From: Chrysomallon squamiferum
Lineage: Eukaryota; Animalia; Mollusca
Direction: 5' to 3'
Length of the DNA: 64,000 nucleotides
Assembly (NCBI GenBank): GCA_012295275.1
Contig: CM022672.1
Coordinates: 33,976,001 to 34,040,000, forward strand
The notes below the pieces were generated by a model, which was given only the letters and a program-made list of their open reading frames with translations, did not search any database and had not been told where the DNA came from. Each line of letters begins with the position of its first letter. Position 1 is the first letter of the stretch. Positions 63,996 through 64,000 of this stretch are shown piece by piece. The translations under genes were made by a program, and so were the position numbers.

Positions 63996-64000
63996 CTGAA

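Overview
Very AT-rich, microsatellite-laden animal genomic DNA; the gene content suggests a mollusc or other lophotrochozoan, but the species cannot be identified. There is no prokaryotic content. I reconstructed four loci by hand from GT-AG junctions and reading phase. (1) The 5' end of an unidentified minus-strand gene encoding an acidic protein (exons 6150-6219 and <1-439). (2) A complete 428-aa flotillin-1 gene (minus, 17231-31937) whose third coding exon is present as three homologous 91-nt copies that must be mutually exclusive. (3) A head-to-tail 4.5-kb duplication; each unit carries an intronless caspase with a multi-pass transmembrane N-terminus instead of a DED/CARD and sits behind three tandem kB-like sites. 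One copy is intact and one has two nonsense codons in the membrane part. (4) The 3' portion of a receptor tyrosine phosphatase with MEGF10-like EGF repeats, an active D1 and an inactive D2 (minus, 52283->64000), including two decayed EGF exons. A recurring oddity is minisatellites built from real splice junctions: about 35 donor copies, 8 acceptor copies and about 12 acceptor copies at three separate junctions. Most entries in the supplied ORF track are microsatellite artefacts.
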